The position numbers and the translations under genes were made by a program. Shown here piece by piece: positions 39,345-49,362 of a DNA stretch of 64,000 nucleotides. This DNA is from Desulfatiglandales bacterium. GTDB lineage: Bacteria; Desulfobacterota; DSM-4660; Desulfatiglandales; HGW-15. The notes beneath the pieces are model-generated. The model was not told the DNA's origin. It worked only from the letters and a program-made list of their open reading frames with translations, and ran no database searches. Numbering within the stretch: position 1 is the first letter of the stretch; the number at the start of each line of letters is the position of its first letter. Location: NCBI GenBank assembly GCA_963667015.2, contig CAXXJJ010000001.1:704001-768000 (forward strand), written 5' to 3'.

Positions 39345-40653
39345 CATCAATATATTAATACTAACACTGCTTATCTTTTTTACGTCTTCTCTTCCTTCTT
39401 TTGCTCGTCTGGAGATCGTCATTGATGATGTCGGGGAAAGAAGGTTGAAGGTTGCCATCCCCGATTTTAAGAATTTTTCATCGGAAAATGAGTTTCCGGA
39501 ATTGTCCGGCCAGCTGGCTAAGGTTATTTCAGGCGACCTGGATCTCAGCGGCTATTTTCTACCCATGGACAAGAACTCATTTCTGGATGAAGACGGAACA
39601 GGAATAACATCAGACAATATCAATTTCAGAAACTGGACCCTGATAGGAACCGAGGCCCTGATAAAGGGAACATATAAATGCATAGGCAGGAACCTTGAGC
39701 TGAATGTAAGGGTATATGATCCCTATATGGCTAAACAGCTCTTTGGGAAAAGGTTTTACGGGAAGACAGATGAGTACCGTCAGCTCATGCACCGGGTAGG
39801 CGACGAAATAATTGAGAAACTTCTACCTGTAAAGGGAATATTTTCAACCAAATTTCTTTTTGTAAATAATTCCACCGGAAACAAGGAAATATATATGTGT
39901 GATTTTGACGGGCACAATATTAAAAAGATTACCTCCGACAAGAGTATTGCTCTGTTCCCGAGATGGTCGCCAAAGGGAGAAGGCTTTGCATTTACCTCCT
40001 ACAGGGAAGGGAATATGAAACTGTATTATATGGATCTTGTCTCGGAAAAGATAAGGAGGATTTCGGGCCGGCAGGAAGGGTTAAGCGCAAGCTGGACTCA
40101 TGACGGAAAGAGTCTTGATATTGTTATGAGAGATTATGGAAATGCAGATATATATAATGTTGATCCGGATGGAAAGATTGTTAATAAACTGACAAGGCAC
40201 TCAGGTGATGATATTTCACCGTCAAGGTCACCTGATGGTAAAAAAATTGTTTTTGCCTCAAACAGGTCAGGTAATACTCCACAGATTTATATAAAGGACC
40301 TGGTTACCCAGAGTGAAGAGCGGATTACCTTTGGTGACTTTAAAGAATGCGCGAGTCCGGTATGGTCGGCCCGGAATAGAATTGCCTTTGTTGCAATAAC
40401 CGAAGGCATACATGATATATATACCATGAACCCGGATGGTTCGGGCATAAAAAGGCTTACCGAAGGCAGCGGAAACAACGAAGACCCTTGCTGGTCGCCT
40501 GACGGAGGATATATTGCCTTTAGTTCCAGCAGGTCAGACGGATATCATCTGTACCTGATGAATGCCAATGGGTACAATCAGCGGAGGATTACCTATTTTA
40601 AAGGGGAAGAATGGGAACCCTCATGGTCCCCTTTAGAGCCGGCGCTGGACTAG
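39295..40653 (+). CDS. tolB: Tol-Pal beta-propeller protein TolB
   Basis: TolB_N followed by PD40 repeats (PxWSPDG). The start overlaps the tolA end and is uncertain. Confidence 0.9.
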   Translation: MKIMKKLKSDLIWILSSINILILTLLIFFTSSLPSFARLEIVIDDVGERRLKVAIPDFKNFSSENEFPELSGQLAKVISGDLDLSGYFLPMDKNSFLDEDGTGITSDNINFRNWTLIGTEALIKGTYKCIGRNLELNVRVYDPYMAKQLFGKRFYGKTDEYRQLMHRVGDEIIEKLLPVKGIFSTKFLFVNNSTGNKEIYMCDFDGHNIKKITSDKSIALFPRWSPKGEGFAFTSYREGNMKLYYMDLVSEKIRRISGRQEGLSASWTHDGKSLDIVMRDYGNADIYNVDPDGKIVNKLTRHSGDDISPSRSPDGKKIVFASNRSGNTPQIYIKDLVTQSEERITFGDFKECASPVWSARNRIAFVAITEGIHDIYTMNPDGSGIKRLTEGSGNNEDPCWSPDGGYIAFSSSRSDGYHLYLMNANGYNQRRITYFKGEEWEPSWSPLEPALD

Positions 40654-40810
40654 CTGTTTAGGATGTATTGATTCTTGTACATAGTATGATTCAAAAATGT
40701 GCTGATTATTATACACATTTATATCTTTTTCAAAGTGCCTGGATCGTACCAGGGTCAGTGAAAATTTGTAACTGTTTAATATTACAGGTGATGATGCGTT
40801 CGGATTTATT

Positions 40811-40826
40811 TGGCACTGTAATTGCT
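40811..40826 (+). promoter_or_regulatory. Sigma54 promoter upstream of pal
   Basis: TGGCAC-TGTAA-TTGCT, near consensus, in the 400-bp tolB-pal gap. Confidence 0.6.
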
Positions 40827-41057
40827 TGCATGGAAAGGGATAGTGTGTGTTTTGTCAGGCCTGGAAGTATTCAATAGCTTTAACAAGATGAAGATTATTT
40901 TGAATAAATACTAAATATTTATTGTTTGACTATAATTGTTAAATCAAATATAAATATGTATCAATTATCTCCATCTTTGAAATATTGATTTCAGGATGAT
41001 AAAAAATATTCGTTTTTTCTTTATTGTATCAACATAAAAAATAGTCAGGGGGATAAA

Positions 41058-41663
41058 ATGATTAAAAAATCCATGATCGGTCTGTTTCTAGTAGGGTTCA
41101 TTACTGCATGTCTCTTATTCACCTCTTCATGTCAAAAGCAACCACCGGCACCAACTGGGCCTTCACAGGAAGAAATAGACGCTCAGAAGGCTAAGGAAGA
41201 AGCTGAAAGATTAGCTAAAGCGGAAGAAGAAAGGCGGAAGGCTCAGGAAGCAGCCGACGCAGCAGCACAGGAAAAAATCAGGCGAGAAAAGGCCCGTGCT
41301 GAGGAAGCCGCACAGGCTGCGAAAGATGCAATGACATCTGAAAGAGTCTATTTTGATTATGACAGTTCAGAGCTGAAGTCCGAATCACAGGAAATTCTTA
41401 CCAGAAAGGCCACATGGCTGAAGGCCAATAGAGGTTATAAACTTAAAATTGAAGGTAACTGTGATGACAGGGGCAGCACAGAATACAACCTGGCACTTGG
41501 CGCAAGAAGAGCTGAAGCCGCTGCCAAATTCTTAAACGCCCTTGGGGTACCATCTGACAGGATCACCACAGTAAGTTATGGTGAAGAAAAACCGGCAGTA
41601 GAAGGCAAAAACGAAGCAGCATGGTCCAAGAACCGTCGTGATGAGTTTGTATTAATTCAGTAA
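41058..41663 (+). CDS. pal: Peptidoglycan-associated lipoprotein
   Basis: Lipobox ..SSC and OmpA-like domain (YFDYD, EGNCDDRGSTEYNLALG, NRR). Confidence 0.93.
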   Translation: MIKKSMIGLFLVGFITACLLFTSSCQKQPPAPTGPSQEEIDAQKAKEEAERLAKAEEERRKAQEAADAAAQEKIRREKARAEEAAQAAKDAMTSERVYFDYDSSELKSESQEILTRKATWLKANRGYKLKIEGNCDDRGSTEYNLALGARRAEAAAKFLNALGVPSDRITTVSYGEEKPAVEGKNEAAWSKNRRDEFVLIQ

Positions 41664-41692
41664 GATAAAATCTTATTTATATTAAATTTTTA

Positions 41693-41731
41693 AAACCTGA
41701 TCTGCGGGGTCATCTGCAGGTCAGGTTTATT
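41693..41731 (+). terminator. Hairpin after pal
   Basis: AAACCTGATCTGC...GCAGGTCAGGTTT. Confidence 0.55.
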
Positions 41732-41753
41732 TACCATTCTGAGTTATATATCG

Positions 41754-42629
41754 ATGAATCTGCTATCCTTAAATAAAAACAGTCTGGCAGCCGGGGGAAT
41801 ATTAGTATCCCTTCTCCTTTTCGGTGCTTCATGTGCAACCGATCAGGAATATATAAAATATACGACAGATCAGATTAACGCCCTCCAGAAGGCAACTGCC
41901 GAGTTAAAGGAATCTACCGGTGCCAGTATTGATACTGTAAATTCAAGCCAGGCAGCGATTATGGTGGAGATCGAGACGCTTAAAAGTGACCTAAGGGAGC
42001 TGGCCGGAAGGGTAGAGGATAACGAACATCTGATAAAATATAACCTTGAAAAGGAGCTCGGTGAAAAGGGTGATGCTAAGGCAGATCTAAATGTGATTGC
42101 TGAAAAGGTTGAACGCCTTGAGAAGGTGGTTAACTATCAGCAGCAGTATCTGAACCTTGAGCCCTTTGAGTATATTAATAAAGATACTGGCGAGGTAACA
42201 CCTTCCCCGCAGGGAAATGCAACCACCCTGAATACAGTCAACGGTGTTGAAAAGCAATCGGATGTTCTCCTTTATGAGTCCAGTCTCGACTTGTTTAATG
42301 ACGAAAAATATGATCAGGCCTTAAACAGTTTTAAGTCATTCCTTGGTACCTATCCAAAATCTGATCTTGCAGATAATGCGCAGTTCTGGATCGGTGAATG
42401 CTATATGGGGCTCAAGCAATATGAGCATGCAATCCTCGAATTCGATAAAGTTATCAAGAACTATCCCAATGAAAATAAGGTCCCTAATGCCATGTACCGC
42501 CAGGCAATTGCATGGCTGAAAACCGATAATCCGGCTGTCGCCAAGAATGTCTTAGAAAATCTTATTAAAACCTATCCTAAATCACCTGAGGCAGCAGATG
42601 CAGAAAAAAAGCTGGCTGCAATGAAGTGA
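41754..42629 (+). CDS. cpoB: Tol-Pal system protein CpoB/YbgF
   Basis: Lipoprotein signal, coiled coil and TPR (YPKSDLADNAQFWIGE). Confidence 0.9.
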   Translation: MNLLSLNKNSLAAGGILVSLLLFGASCATDQEYIKYTTDQINALQKATAELKESTGASIDTVNSSQAAIMVEIETLKSDLRELAGRVEDNEHLIKYNLEKELGEKGDAKADLNVIAEKVERLEKVVNYQQQYLNLEPFEYINKDTGEVTPSPQGNATTLNTVNGVEKQSDVLLYESSLDLFNDEKYDQALNSFKSFLGTYPKSDLADNAQFWIGECYMGLKQYEHAILEFDKVIKNYPNENKVPNAMYRQAIAWLKTDNPAVAKNVLENLIKTYPKSPEAADAEKKLAAMK

Positions 42630-43008
42630 TTCCTTCCCAATCATCGATTCTTTGCCGGTTATTTAAGGATTGGCCATATCAAGATGTAAAATATACCATT
42701 TTGCTTCAACAAATTTTTTATTAGACTGTAAATTATAATCATTTCCATAAGATATAGCCTTTAATTGAGGTTTGGACAGGCATTTTTCCTTTATAATTAT
42801 TAAATTTATAATATTATTTATATAATTATCATTAATTATACAGAAACTAATGTATAACATAAAAGACAAATAAAATATATGAATATAGGATAACTATACC
42901 CACTGTTGACCATTTATTGTATTGACTTTCCAGCTTTGAGGTATTATAAGTAATAATACGGATTTTTCGATTATTTTATTAATCTATATCATAAAGAGGG
43001 AGTTTACC

Positions 43009-43188
43009 ATGCCACAGATAATGACAACAAAAGAATTAGCAAAATATCTTAAGCTGCACGAGATTACCATATGCAAATATGCTGCAGAAGATAAGATACC
43101 TGCTATTAGAATAGGCCGCGTATGGCGATTTGATAAGAATGCAATTGATGAATGGATAGCCAGTGGTGGTAAAAAGAAGATCGACTAG
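43009..43188 (+). CDS. Excisionase-family (HTH_17) small DNA-binding protein, missing from the ORF track
   Basis: AGAGGGAG RBS, then MPQIMTTKELAKYLKLHEITICKYAAEDKIPAIRIGRVWRFDKNAIDEWIASGGKKKID* (59 aa). Confidence 0.88.
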   Translation: MPQIMTTKELAKYLKLHEITICKYAAEDKIPAIRIGRVWRFDKNAIDEWIASGGKKKID

Positions 43189-43421
43189 CGCTATGAAGAA
43201 ACAATTAAGGTTTGTCCGTCTGACAATAATTAAGAAAGCAGCACACATTAGTAATGCAGGATAAAAAGGAAACTTAACCGGAAAAATAAGTAATGCCGGT
43301 TAAAGGTTCTGAAGAAACTTGAGATTCAATATCAGGAGAGACATTAAAAGTCTGCTTAAGGCAACGGGGGGGAATTAAGCCGGCTTAAATATAAAAACAA
43401 CAAATTTCAATTTTATTTAGT

Positions 43422-44591
43422 TCAATATAAAAGATATGGCCTGCGCAGTTCATTAAAATGTTTATACTCTGAAAGCCATATTTTCATTATCTCAAGCATC
43501 CCCTCCCCCTCCTGAATCGCCTTCCTTAAATCAGAATTACCCAGAATAAGATCTATCGGTAATTTTTCATATTCGTATTCATATGGCGGGTTTTTCCATT
43601 CAAAGTCTTCTTTATGGATATCTATAACAGTTTTTAAAAGGGCAATTGCTGTATCGAATGATCTGAAGGTGTGTTTGTCCAGGATATGAATCATAAATCC
43701 CTTGCAAATTTTATCCTGCCATTTATTGAATGTCGGCCGAAAGGATACCTCCCTAAGAAAACACCCTGCCAGGAATTCCTTTGGAATGTTTTTCAGTATG
43801 CGTTCTGTATCAAGATAAGGGGCTCCGAATATTTCAAAGGGACGGCATGTTCCTCTGCCTTCGGACAGGTTTGTGCCCTCCCATATCACCTGTCCGGGAT
43901 AGACAAAGGCGGTTTCTGGAACAGGCATGTTCGGTGAAGGGATGGCCCAGGGAAGACCTGTTTCTTCCCAGAGCATTGATCTTCTCCATCCTTCCATTTT
44001 TATTATCTCCAGTTCACAATTGATTGATAGTTCCTTGTTGAACAGGAGTGCAAGTTCGCCCATGGTCAGGCCGTGTCTCATGGGGATTTTCCATGGCCCT
44101 ACAAAGGAGTACAGTTCCGGAACAAGCAGGTTACCTTCCATCACATCTCCTCCAACAGGATTTGGCCTGTCAAGAATAACGACTTTTTTCCCGTAATTAG
44201 CCGCAGCCTTCATGCAGTTGAGCATGGTTGATGCAAAGGTATATACTCGGGTCCCCACATCCTGCATGTCTATCATGAGGACATCAATCAGGTCCATCAT
44301 CTCAGGAGCGGGTTCTCTCAGTTCACTGTAGAGGCTGAATACAGGGACACGCAGGTGATTATCTGCCGAATGTCCTGTTTCAATCATATTATCCTGGTCT
44401 TCACCGGCATAGCCGTGTTGAGGGCCAAACAGGGCCTTCAGGTCACCCGGACATAGGCTTGATATAACAGTACCTGCATGAATTAAATCACGTGATACTG
44501 ATGCTTGATTTGAAAGAAGACCTAGGCGGCATCCCCTGTATTTTTTATGGTGCTTTAGCTTAAATAGATCCAGGCCTGATAATACGGGCAT
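43422..44591 (-). CDS. DUF1343 / NamZ-like exo-beta-N-acetylmuramidase
   Basis: LFGPQHG, DMQDVGTRVYT, LDRPNP, RHGLTMGE and SEGRGT. Confidence 0.9.
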   Translation of the reverse strand: MPVLSGLDLFKLKHHKKYRGCRLGLLSNQASVSRDLIHAGTVISSLCPGDLKALFGPQHGYAGEDQDNMIETGHSADNHLRVPVFSLYSELREPAPEMMDLIDVLMIDMQDVGTRVYTFASTMLNCMKAAANYGKKVVILDRPNPVGGDVMEGNLLVPELYSFVGPWKIPMRHGLTMGELALLFNKELSINCELEIIKMEGWRRSMLWEETGLPWAIPSPNMPVPETAFVYPGQVIWEGTNLSEGRGTCRPFEIFGAPYLDTERILKNIPKEFLAGCFLREVSFRPTFNKWQDKICKGFMIHILDKHTFRSFDTAIALLKTVIDIHKEDFEWKNPPYEYEYEKLPIDLILGNSDLRKAIQEGEGMLEIMKIWLSEYKHFNELRRPYLLY

Positions 44592-44700
44592 TATTTATAT
44601 CCCTTTAATGTGATTAGTAATCAATCCTCGGAAGTATACGATTAAGCAAGATGCTTATAAGCTTTTATTCCCGCAGCGTCTGGTATATAGACTGGAAAAT

Positions 44701-46509
44701 CTACTGTGGGATTACCTTCACTTCCTGCCCTGGAAAGATTGTGCTGTTAGCTGTAAGGTTATTCAATTTTAGAAAGTCGTAGAGATTCATACTGTGTCTT
44801 TTAGCAATCAGGTATGGGGAATCCCCGCTCTTTACAGTATAACTGTGGCCATCCCCTGTACTGGTCTGAGTTACACCGCTGGATATCACGAGTTTCTGTC
44901 CAATCTTAAGCCAGTTACTCTGAAGACCGTTGATTGCCTTTATTGATTGGACTGTAGTGTTAAAACTATCGGCTATCTTCCAAAGGGAGTCGCCTTTCCG
45001 GACAATATATTCAATCTTTTCTCCGGATGACACAGTAAGGGCAGGTGCAGATGTATATTTACCCGTAGGTATTTTAAGTTTCCAGCCGGCTCTCAGGAAA
45101 TTTCTGCTCTTGAGCCCGTTCATGTTCATGATCGATTTTATAGAGGTGTTATACTTTTCGGCGATAACAGATAAAGATTCGCCACTTCGTACTCTATGGG
45201 TAACGTATGCCGGCACAGGGGGAACATATACAGGAATATCATTTAATTTAGCTATCAGGATTTCGCCTTTTCCCTCCGGGACCTTTAGTTCATATGTTGT
45301 ATTTGGTGTTACGTTCTGACGCAGTTCGGAGTTCAGTTCCTTTAAACGGTCATACTCAATATCCATTTCCTTTGAGAGGGTCTTTAATAGCATTTGTTTG
45401 TTTATATTGACTTTTTCATATTTGAGTTCTTCTTCCAGAGGTGGAAGCTCAATTCCATATGCAGCAGGATCATTAAGGATATACTGGACAGCCATAAATT
45501 TGGGCACATAAAAGGCAGTTTCTCTGGGCAGTTTTTCATAAAGGTCCCAGAAGTTGTCCATATAACTTATTTTCTGCTGGCGGATTACCCTTAAAACTCT
45601 TGCTTCGCCGCAGTTATATGCAGCCAGTGCGGTTGTCCATTCACCGAAAATCTGATGCAGCTCTTTCAGGTATGCGATAGCGGCATTTGTGGATTTTTCA
45701 GCGTCCATCCTTTCATCTATCCAGTTATCCCTTTCCAGGCCGTATTTGTAACCTGTAGATGCAATAAACTGCCACATTCCAAGGGCACGTGCGCTTGAGT
45801 AGGCTCCCGTGCTGAATCCGCTTTCTATGAAGGGAAGCCATGATAATTCCTCCGGCAGGCCAGCCTCTTTAAGCTTTCTCACAATTGCCGGTCTGTATTT
45901 ACCTGACCTGGCATAAACCTTGAGAAACCATTTTTTTTCCTTTCCCTTGAAAAGGTTAATGGCCTTCTGCACATGGCTGTTAATTTCTGAGGGCAGAGGA
46001 ATTGCCTTATGAAAGCCATTGGCAGTCGTATATCGTGATGAATATACCTCAAGTGTCTTTTTTGCAATTGCAATACGCACGTCTTCAAGCTGCTGGATGA
46101 TTTCGGGACCGGTATTATTGTTAATATCCAATGCAAAGGAATATGCTCTATCGAGGCAGACGATTGCATTGTCCAGGTCTCCCTGTTCCCAGTAGGTATT
46201 TGATGTCTGCAAAAGTTCGAGGGCGCTGTCAATGAGCTCCTGATCGCTAGGTTTGTCTTCCTGAATCTTTTGTGTGACAGCAGTTGAATTCCCGGCCTCT
46301 TCAGGCATTTTCTCTATTACTTCGGCAATATTATTTCCCTCGTTTTTCTCCGAAGCCGATGTTTCTGCGGCCGGATCGGGTGTTTGTTCTTCTTGAACTA
46401 CCGGGCTTTCAAGTGTTAAAGGGGTGTTTTTATCAGTTGTTGTGCATCCTGCAAGAGAGAAAACAACAATAAGCAGGAGGTGGGCTGGGGTTTTGCGACT
46501 AAAAAACAT
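44701..46509 (-). CDS. mltD: Membrane-bound lytic murein transglycosylase D-like (SLT plus three LysM)
   Basis: Lipobox LAGC, IES, GMWQF, AAYNCG and three LysM repeats. Confidence 0.88.
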   Translation of the reverse strand: MFFSRKTPAHLLLIVVFSLAGCTTTDKNTPLTLESPVVQEEQTPDPAAETSASEKNEGNNIAEVIEKMPEEAGNSTAVTQKIQEDKPSDQELIDSALELLQTSNTYWEQGDLDNAIVCLDRAYSFALDINNNTGPEIIQQLEDVRIAIAKKTLEVYSSRYTTANGFHKAIPLPSEINSHVQKAINLFKGKEKKWFLKVYARSGKYRPAIVRKLKEAGLPEELSWLPFIESGFSTGAYSSARALGMWQFIASTGYKYGLERDNWIDERMDAEKSTNAAIAYLKELHQIFGEWTTALAAYNCGEARVLRVIRQQKISYMDNFWDLYEKLPRETAFYVPKFMAVQYILNDPAAYGIELPPLEEELKYEKVNINKQMLLKTLSKEMDIEYDRLKELNSELRQNVTPNTTYELKVPEGKGEILIAKLNDIPVYVPPVPAYVTHRVRSGESLSVIAEKYNTSIKSIMNMNGLKSRNFLRAGWKLKIPTGKYTSAPALTVSSGEKIEYIVRKGDSLWKIADSFNTTVQSIKAINGLQSNWLKIGQKLVISSGVTQTSTGDGHSYTVKSGDSPYLIAKRHSMNLYDFLKLNNLTANSTIFPGQEVKVIPQ

Positions 46510-46794
46510 TTTTTATTTCCTTTCAGACTCAGACCATTGTAACAATCTCTTACTGTTACCAGAAATTATTCAGTGATATATGAGGCAGATGAGATAGCTA
46601 CAAGTACATTATCGGTCCGTTGTTATTGAGTCTTGAGCAAATTATACTGTTAATATTTTCCGGTAGTGTTGGGGAAGTATAAAAAAACCTTAATGATTGG
46701 TCAATAGAATATGAGGGCTGCCGGCTGATCAGGGTTGATTATTCAAATATGAACAGGTATTATTCCATTACTGTTCAACGTAACAGGGACAGCA

Positions 46795-47565
46795 ATGATT
46801 TTAAAAGGAGAGATATATCCCGTATCGTCTAATAAGATGTCAAAGCTTGAACTCGTAAAACAGGGTAATTCTGGCATTAAAAAGAAAAAATGCCTTGCCT
46901 GCGGAAAACCGGACCTCGATGCAAGAAGAAGATACTGCTCAACCGAATGCCGAAAGCAGATCATGTGGGTCCTTTCCCTTTCAAACGGGCTTTTAAGTAC
47001 TTTCAATGCACGGTATGCCTCATTTTCCTTTAACAGGAGTTATGTAATCCTCGATATTTTACCTGTTTACTCAAAGGAGATCTCCAGGTTTACCCATAAG
47101 AGAACAACCGGAAAAAAGCCTGCTGATGACCTTAAAAAACTTATACTCGACTCCGGCAGTGAGTGGTACTCGATAATCAGTAATAAAAACTCAAGGAGCT
47201 ATGCAAGTCTTTCGCTCCTTAAGAAAAATTGCAACAGTGCTTTGCCCGCAAAGGCAATCAGGCCCGACAGCAAAAAAAAACCCCGTTTTTCAAAGGCAGA
47301 AAGAGAATCAATAAAATGTCTTAAACTGAAACTGGAGGAGCTTATCTCCGAGGAAAAGGCCTCCAGGATAAAATCGGCCTATAAAAAGATGGCAAGGATA
47401 CATCACCCGGATGTGGGCGGTGATGCTGAAGAATTCAGAAGGGTAAAGGATGCCCATGAGCAGATGCTCATGTGGGCACAAAACCCGCAGTTTACCTCCA
47501 GGAAGGCCCTGGCAGACTGCTGGTCCTATGATGCCTCTACCAACAGGTGGGCACCTCCTCTATAA
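46795..47565 (+). CDS. J-domain protein with N-terminal Cys4 motif
   Basis: CLAC...CSTEC and a C-terminal J-domain IKSAYKKMARIHHPD. Confidence 0.82.
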   Translation: MILKGEIYPVSSNKMSKLELVKQGNSGIKKKKCLACGKPDLDARRRYCSTECRKQIMWVLSLSNGLLSTFNARYASFSFNRSYVILDILPVYSKEISRFTHKRTTGKKPADDLKKLILDSGSEWYSIISNKNSRSYASLSLLKKNCNSALPAKAIRPDSKKKPRFSKAERESIKCLKLKLEELISEEKASRIKSAYKKMARIHHPDVGGDAEEFRRVKDAHEQMLMWAQNPQFTSRKALADCWSYDASTNRWAPPL

Positions 47566-47577
47566 AAAGGTTAATGT

Positions 47578-48639
47578 ATGCCTGCTGATATCTCTGTAAA
47601 AGAAGTCCTGAAAAGCAATAATGTTAAAGCCTCTGCTCCATGCAGAATAGACGCAGGCGGAACCTGGGATATAAAGGCAATGTCTCTTCCCTTTGAGAGA
47701 TACAGGCCATCTACCTTCAATATAGCCCTGAGCCTCAGGACAACAGTTGCTCTTTTACCCTACAGGGATGGTATGGTGAGGATAACATCAGAGGGATTTC
47801 CTGACGGGGTAAGCTGTAATGCCAGGAATATGAACCTTTCAGGTCCATTTGCCATTTTTTTTGCGGCGGTCAATTATTTTGGATTCACGGGACTTGAGAT
47901 AAAAATTCATTCCCAATCACCTGTCAAGTCAGCCCTTGGCGGTTCAAGTACCGCACTGGTGGCGCTTTTGAAGGCACTGGCAAAGCTCAGTGAGCAGATA
48001 TCCGGCAAACGGCAATTATCAAAAAAAGATATCCTTTATCTGGGTTATCACCTGGAAGACGGGATAAGTGGTGGTAATTGCGGCATGCAGGACCAGGCTG
48101 CAGCTGTCTATGGCGGTGTGAATGGATGGTTATGGAATTACAGTAAAAGGGAGATGCCGGTTAAAAGAGAAAAACTGCTTGATAATAAGGGTATGAGTCA
48201 ACTTTCAAAGAAAATCCTGGTCGCATACAGCGGGAAGTGGCATGTTTCTGCCAGTACCAACAGGGCATGGTTAAAAAATTTTCTTGAAGGCAGGACAAGG
48301 AGCGGCTGGATGGAGGCAAATAATGTTGTGCGGGAACTTATAAAATCGGTTAAGGCAATGGCGTGGCCGGAATCAGTAAGGTGTATAAAGGAAGAAATGA
48401 AAATCAGGCGCAGGATTACACCGGACGCATTGATACCAGAAACGTCGAGACTTATTAAGGATGCTGAAATAACAGGGTGCGGGGCACGATTTGCAGGGGC
48501 CGGGGCTGGAGGGTCTGTCTGGGCTCTTGGTGAAGCTGATGATATTAACCGGCTAAAAACCAGATGGAATAAAAATCTTTCAAGGATAAAAGGTGCGTAT
48601 ATACTTCAATGTACTGTCGATCCAAAAGGGGTATTATAA
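47578..48639 (+). CDS. GHMP family kinase (HddA/galactokinase-like)
   Basis: APCRIDAGG, PVKSALGGSS, GMQDQ and GAGAGG. Confidence 0.88.
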   Translation: MPADISVKEVLKSNNVKASAPCRIDAGGTWDIKAMSLPFERYRPSTFNIALSLRTTVALLPYRDGMVRITSEGFPDGVSCNARNMNLSGPFAIFFAAVNYFGFTGLEIKIHSQSPVKSALGGSSTALVALLKALAKLSEQISGKRQLSKKDILYLGYHLEDGISGGNCGMQDQAAAVYGGVNGWLWNYSKREMPVKREKLLDNKGMSQLSKKILVAYSGKWHVSASTNRAWLKNFLEGRTRSGWMEANNVVRELIKSVKAMAWPESVRCIKEEMKIRRRITPDALIPETSRLIKDAEITGCGARFAGAGAGGSVWALGEADDINRLKTRWNKNLSRIKGAYILQCTVDPKGVL

Positions 48640-48724
48640 CCTGACCTCAAGCCATTTTTAAAACCGTAAAATCTTTACAGTATAAACATTGTTTTAAAAG
48701 GGCGTTATCGCTTGTTGGCGATTC

Positions 48725-49339
48725 CTACATCTTGCCTTCCTCTTCAAGGATATTTAGAAATACCTTGTAGAACCTCTGATAATCCAGGAGTCCGCGTTTC
48801 AGCAGCATGGAAAAACTTCCAAGATCCCTGGGATTAATCACCATGTTGGCACTTAATGCATAAGCCATCATCTCGTCCATTGTCTTAAACCTGTCTCCTA
48901 TCAATGTAACAAAGATTCTTCTTCTGCTGGACATGGACATGTGATTTAGATAATTCATAATAGGCCCGCCAAAGATCTCCTGTCCGTCAAAGCCATCAGC
49001 AAGTACCATCAGATCAAAATGGTTAAATCTTAATTTTTGGAGTGTGTCTCTTGTGTTCGGAGAAGTGACAAATCTATAACCCTTTTCTTCAACGGCCTCC
49101 CTGACTTTGTTGCATATACTGTCATCAGCCATTACAAGGGCAAGTTTTGATTCATCATAATATTCGAGAGAATCATCGTCCGTTTGAGCTTCTGCACGCG
49201 TTACATTGTCGATATTCTGCGGTTCAATAGTGATCTTGTTTTTACACCTTGGGCAGTTGATCCTGACTGTCTGATCCATCGGAACCTTGTCGTCAGGTAT
49301 GTTTAATTTTGTATTGCAACCGGAGCAGGTTACTTCCAT
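48725..49339 (-). CDS. Zinc-ribbon (MJ0042-type) domain protein
   Basis: CSGC...CPRC N-terminus and a degenerate receiver-like domain; downstream of the pilT pair. Confidence 0.78.
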   Translation of the reverse strand: MEVTCSGCNTKLNIPDDKVPMDQTVRINCPRCKNKITIEPQNIDNVTRAEAQTDDDSLEYYDESKLALVMADDSICNKVREAVEEKGYRFVTSPNTRDTLQKLRFNHFDLMVLADGFDGQEIFGGPIMNYLNHMSMSSRRRIFVTLIGDRFKTMDEMMAYALSANMVINPRDLGSFSMLLKRGLLDYQRFYKVFLNILEEEGKM

Positions 49340-49362
49340 CTCAGCCTCCTGAATGCTATTTT

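Noticed and set aside
40668..40877. 69-aa ORF between tolB and pal
   Set aside because: No recognisable motif, and it overlaps the sigma54 promoter region.
43009..43188. Prophage or ICE
   Set aside because: No integrase, structural or conjugation genes lie nearby.
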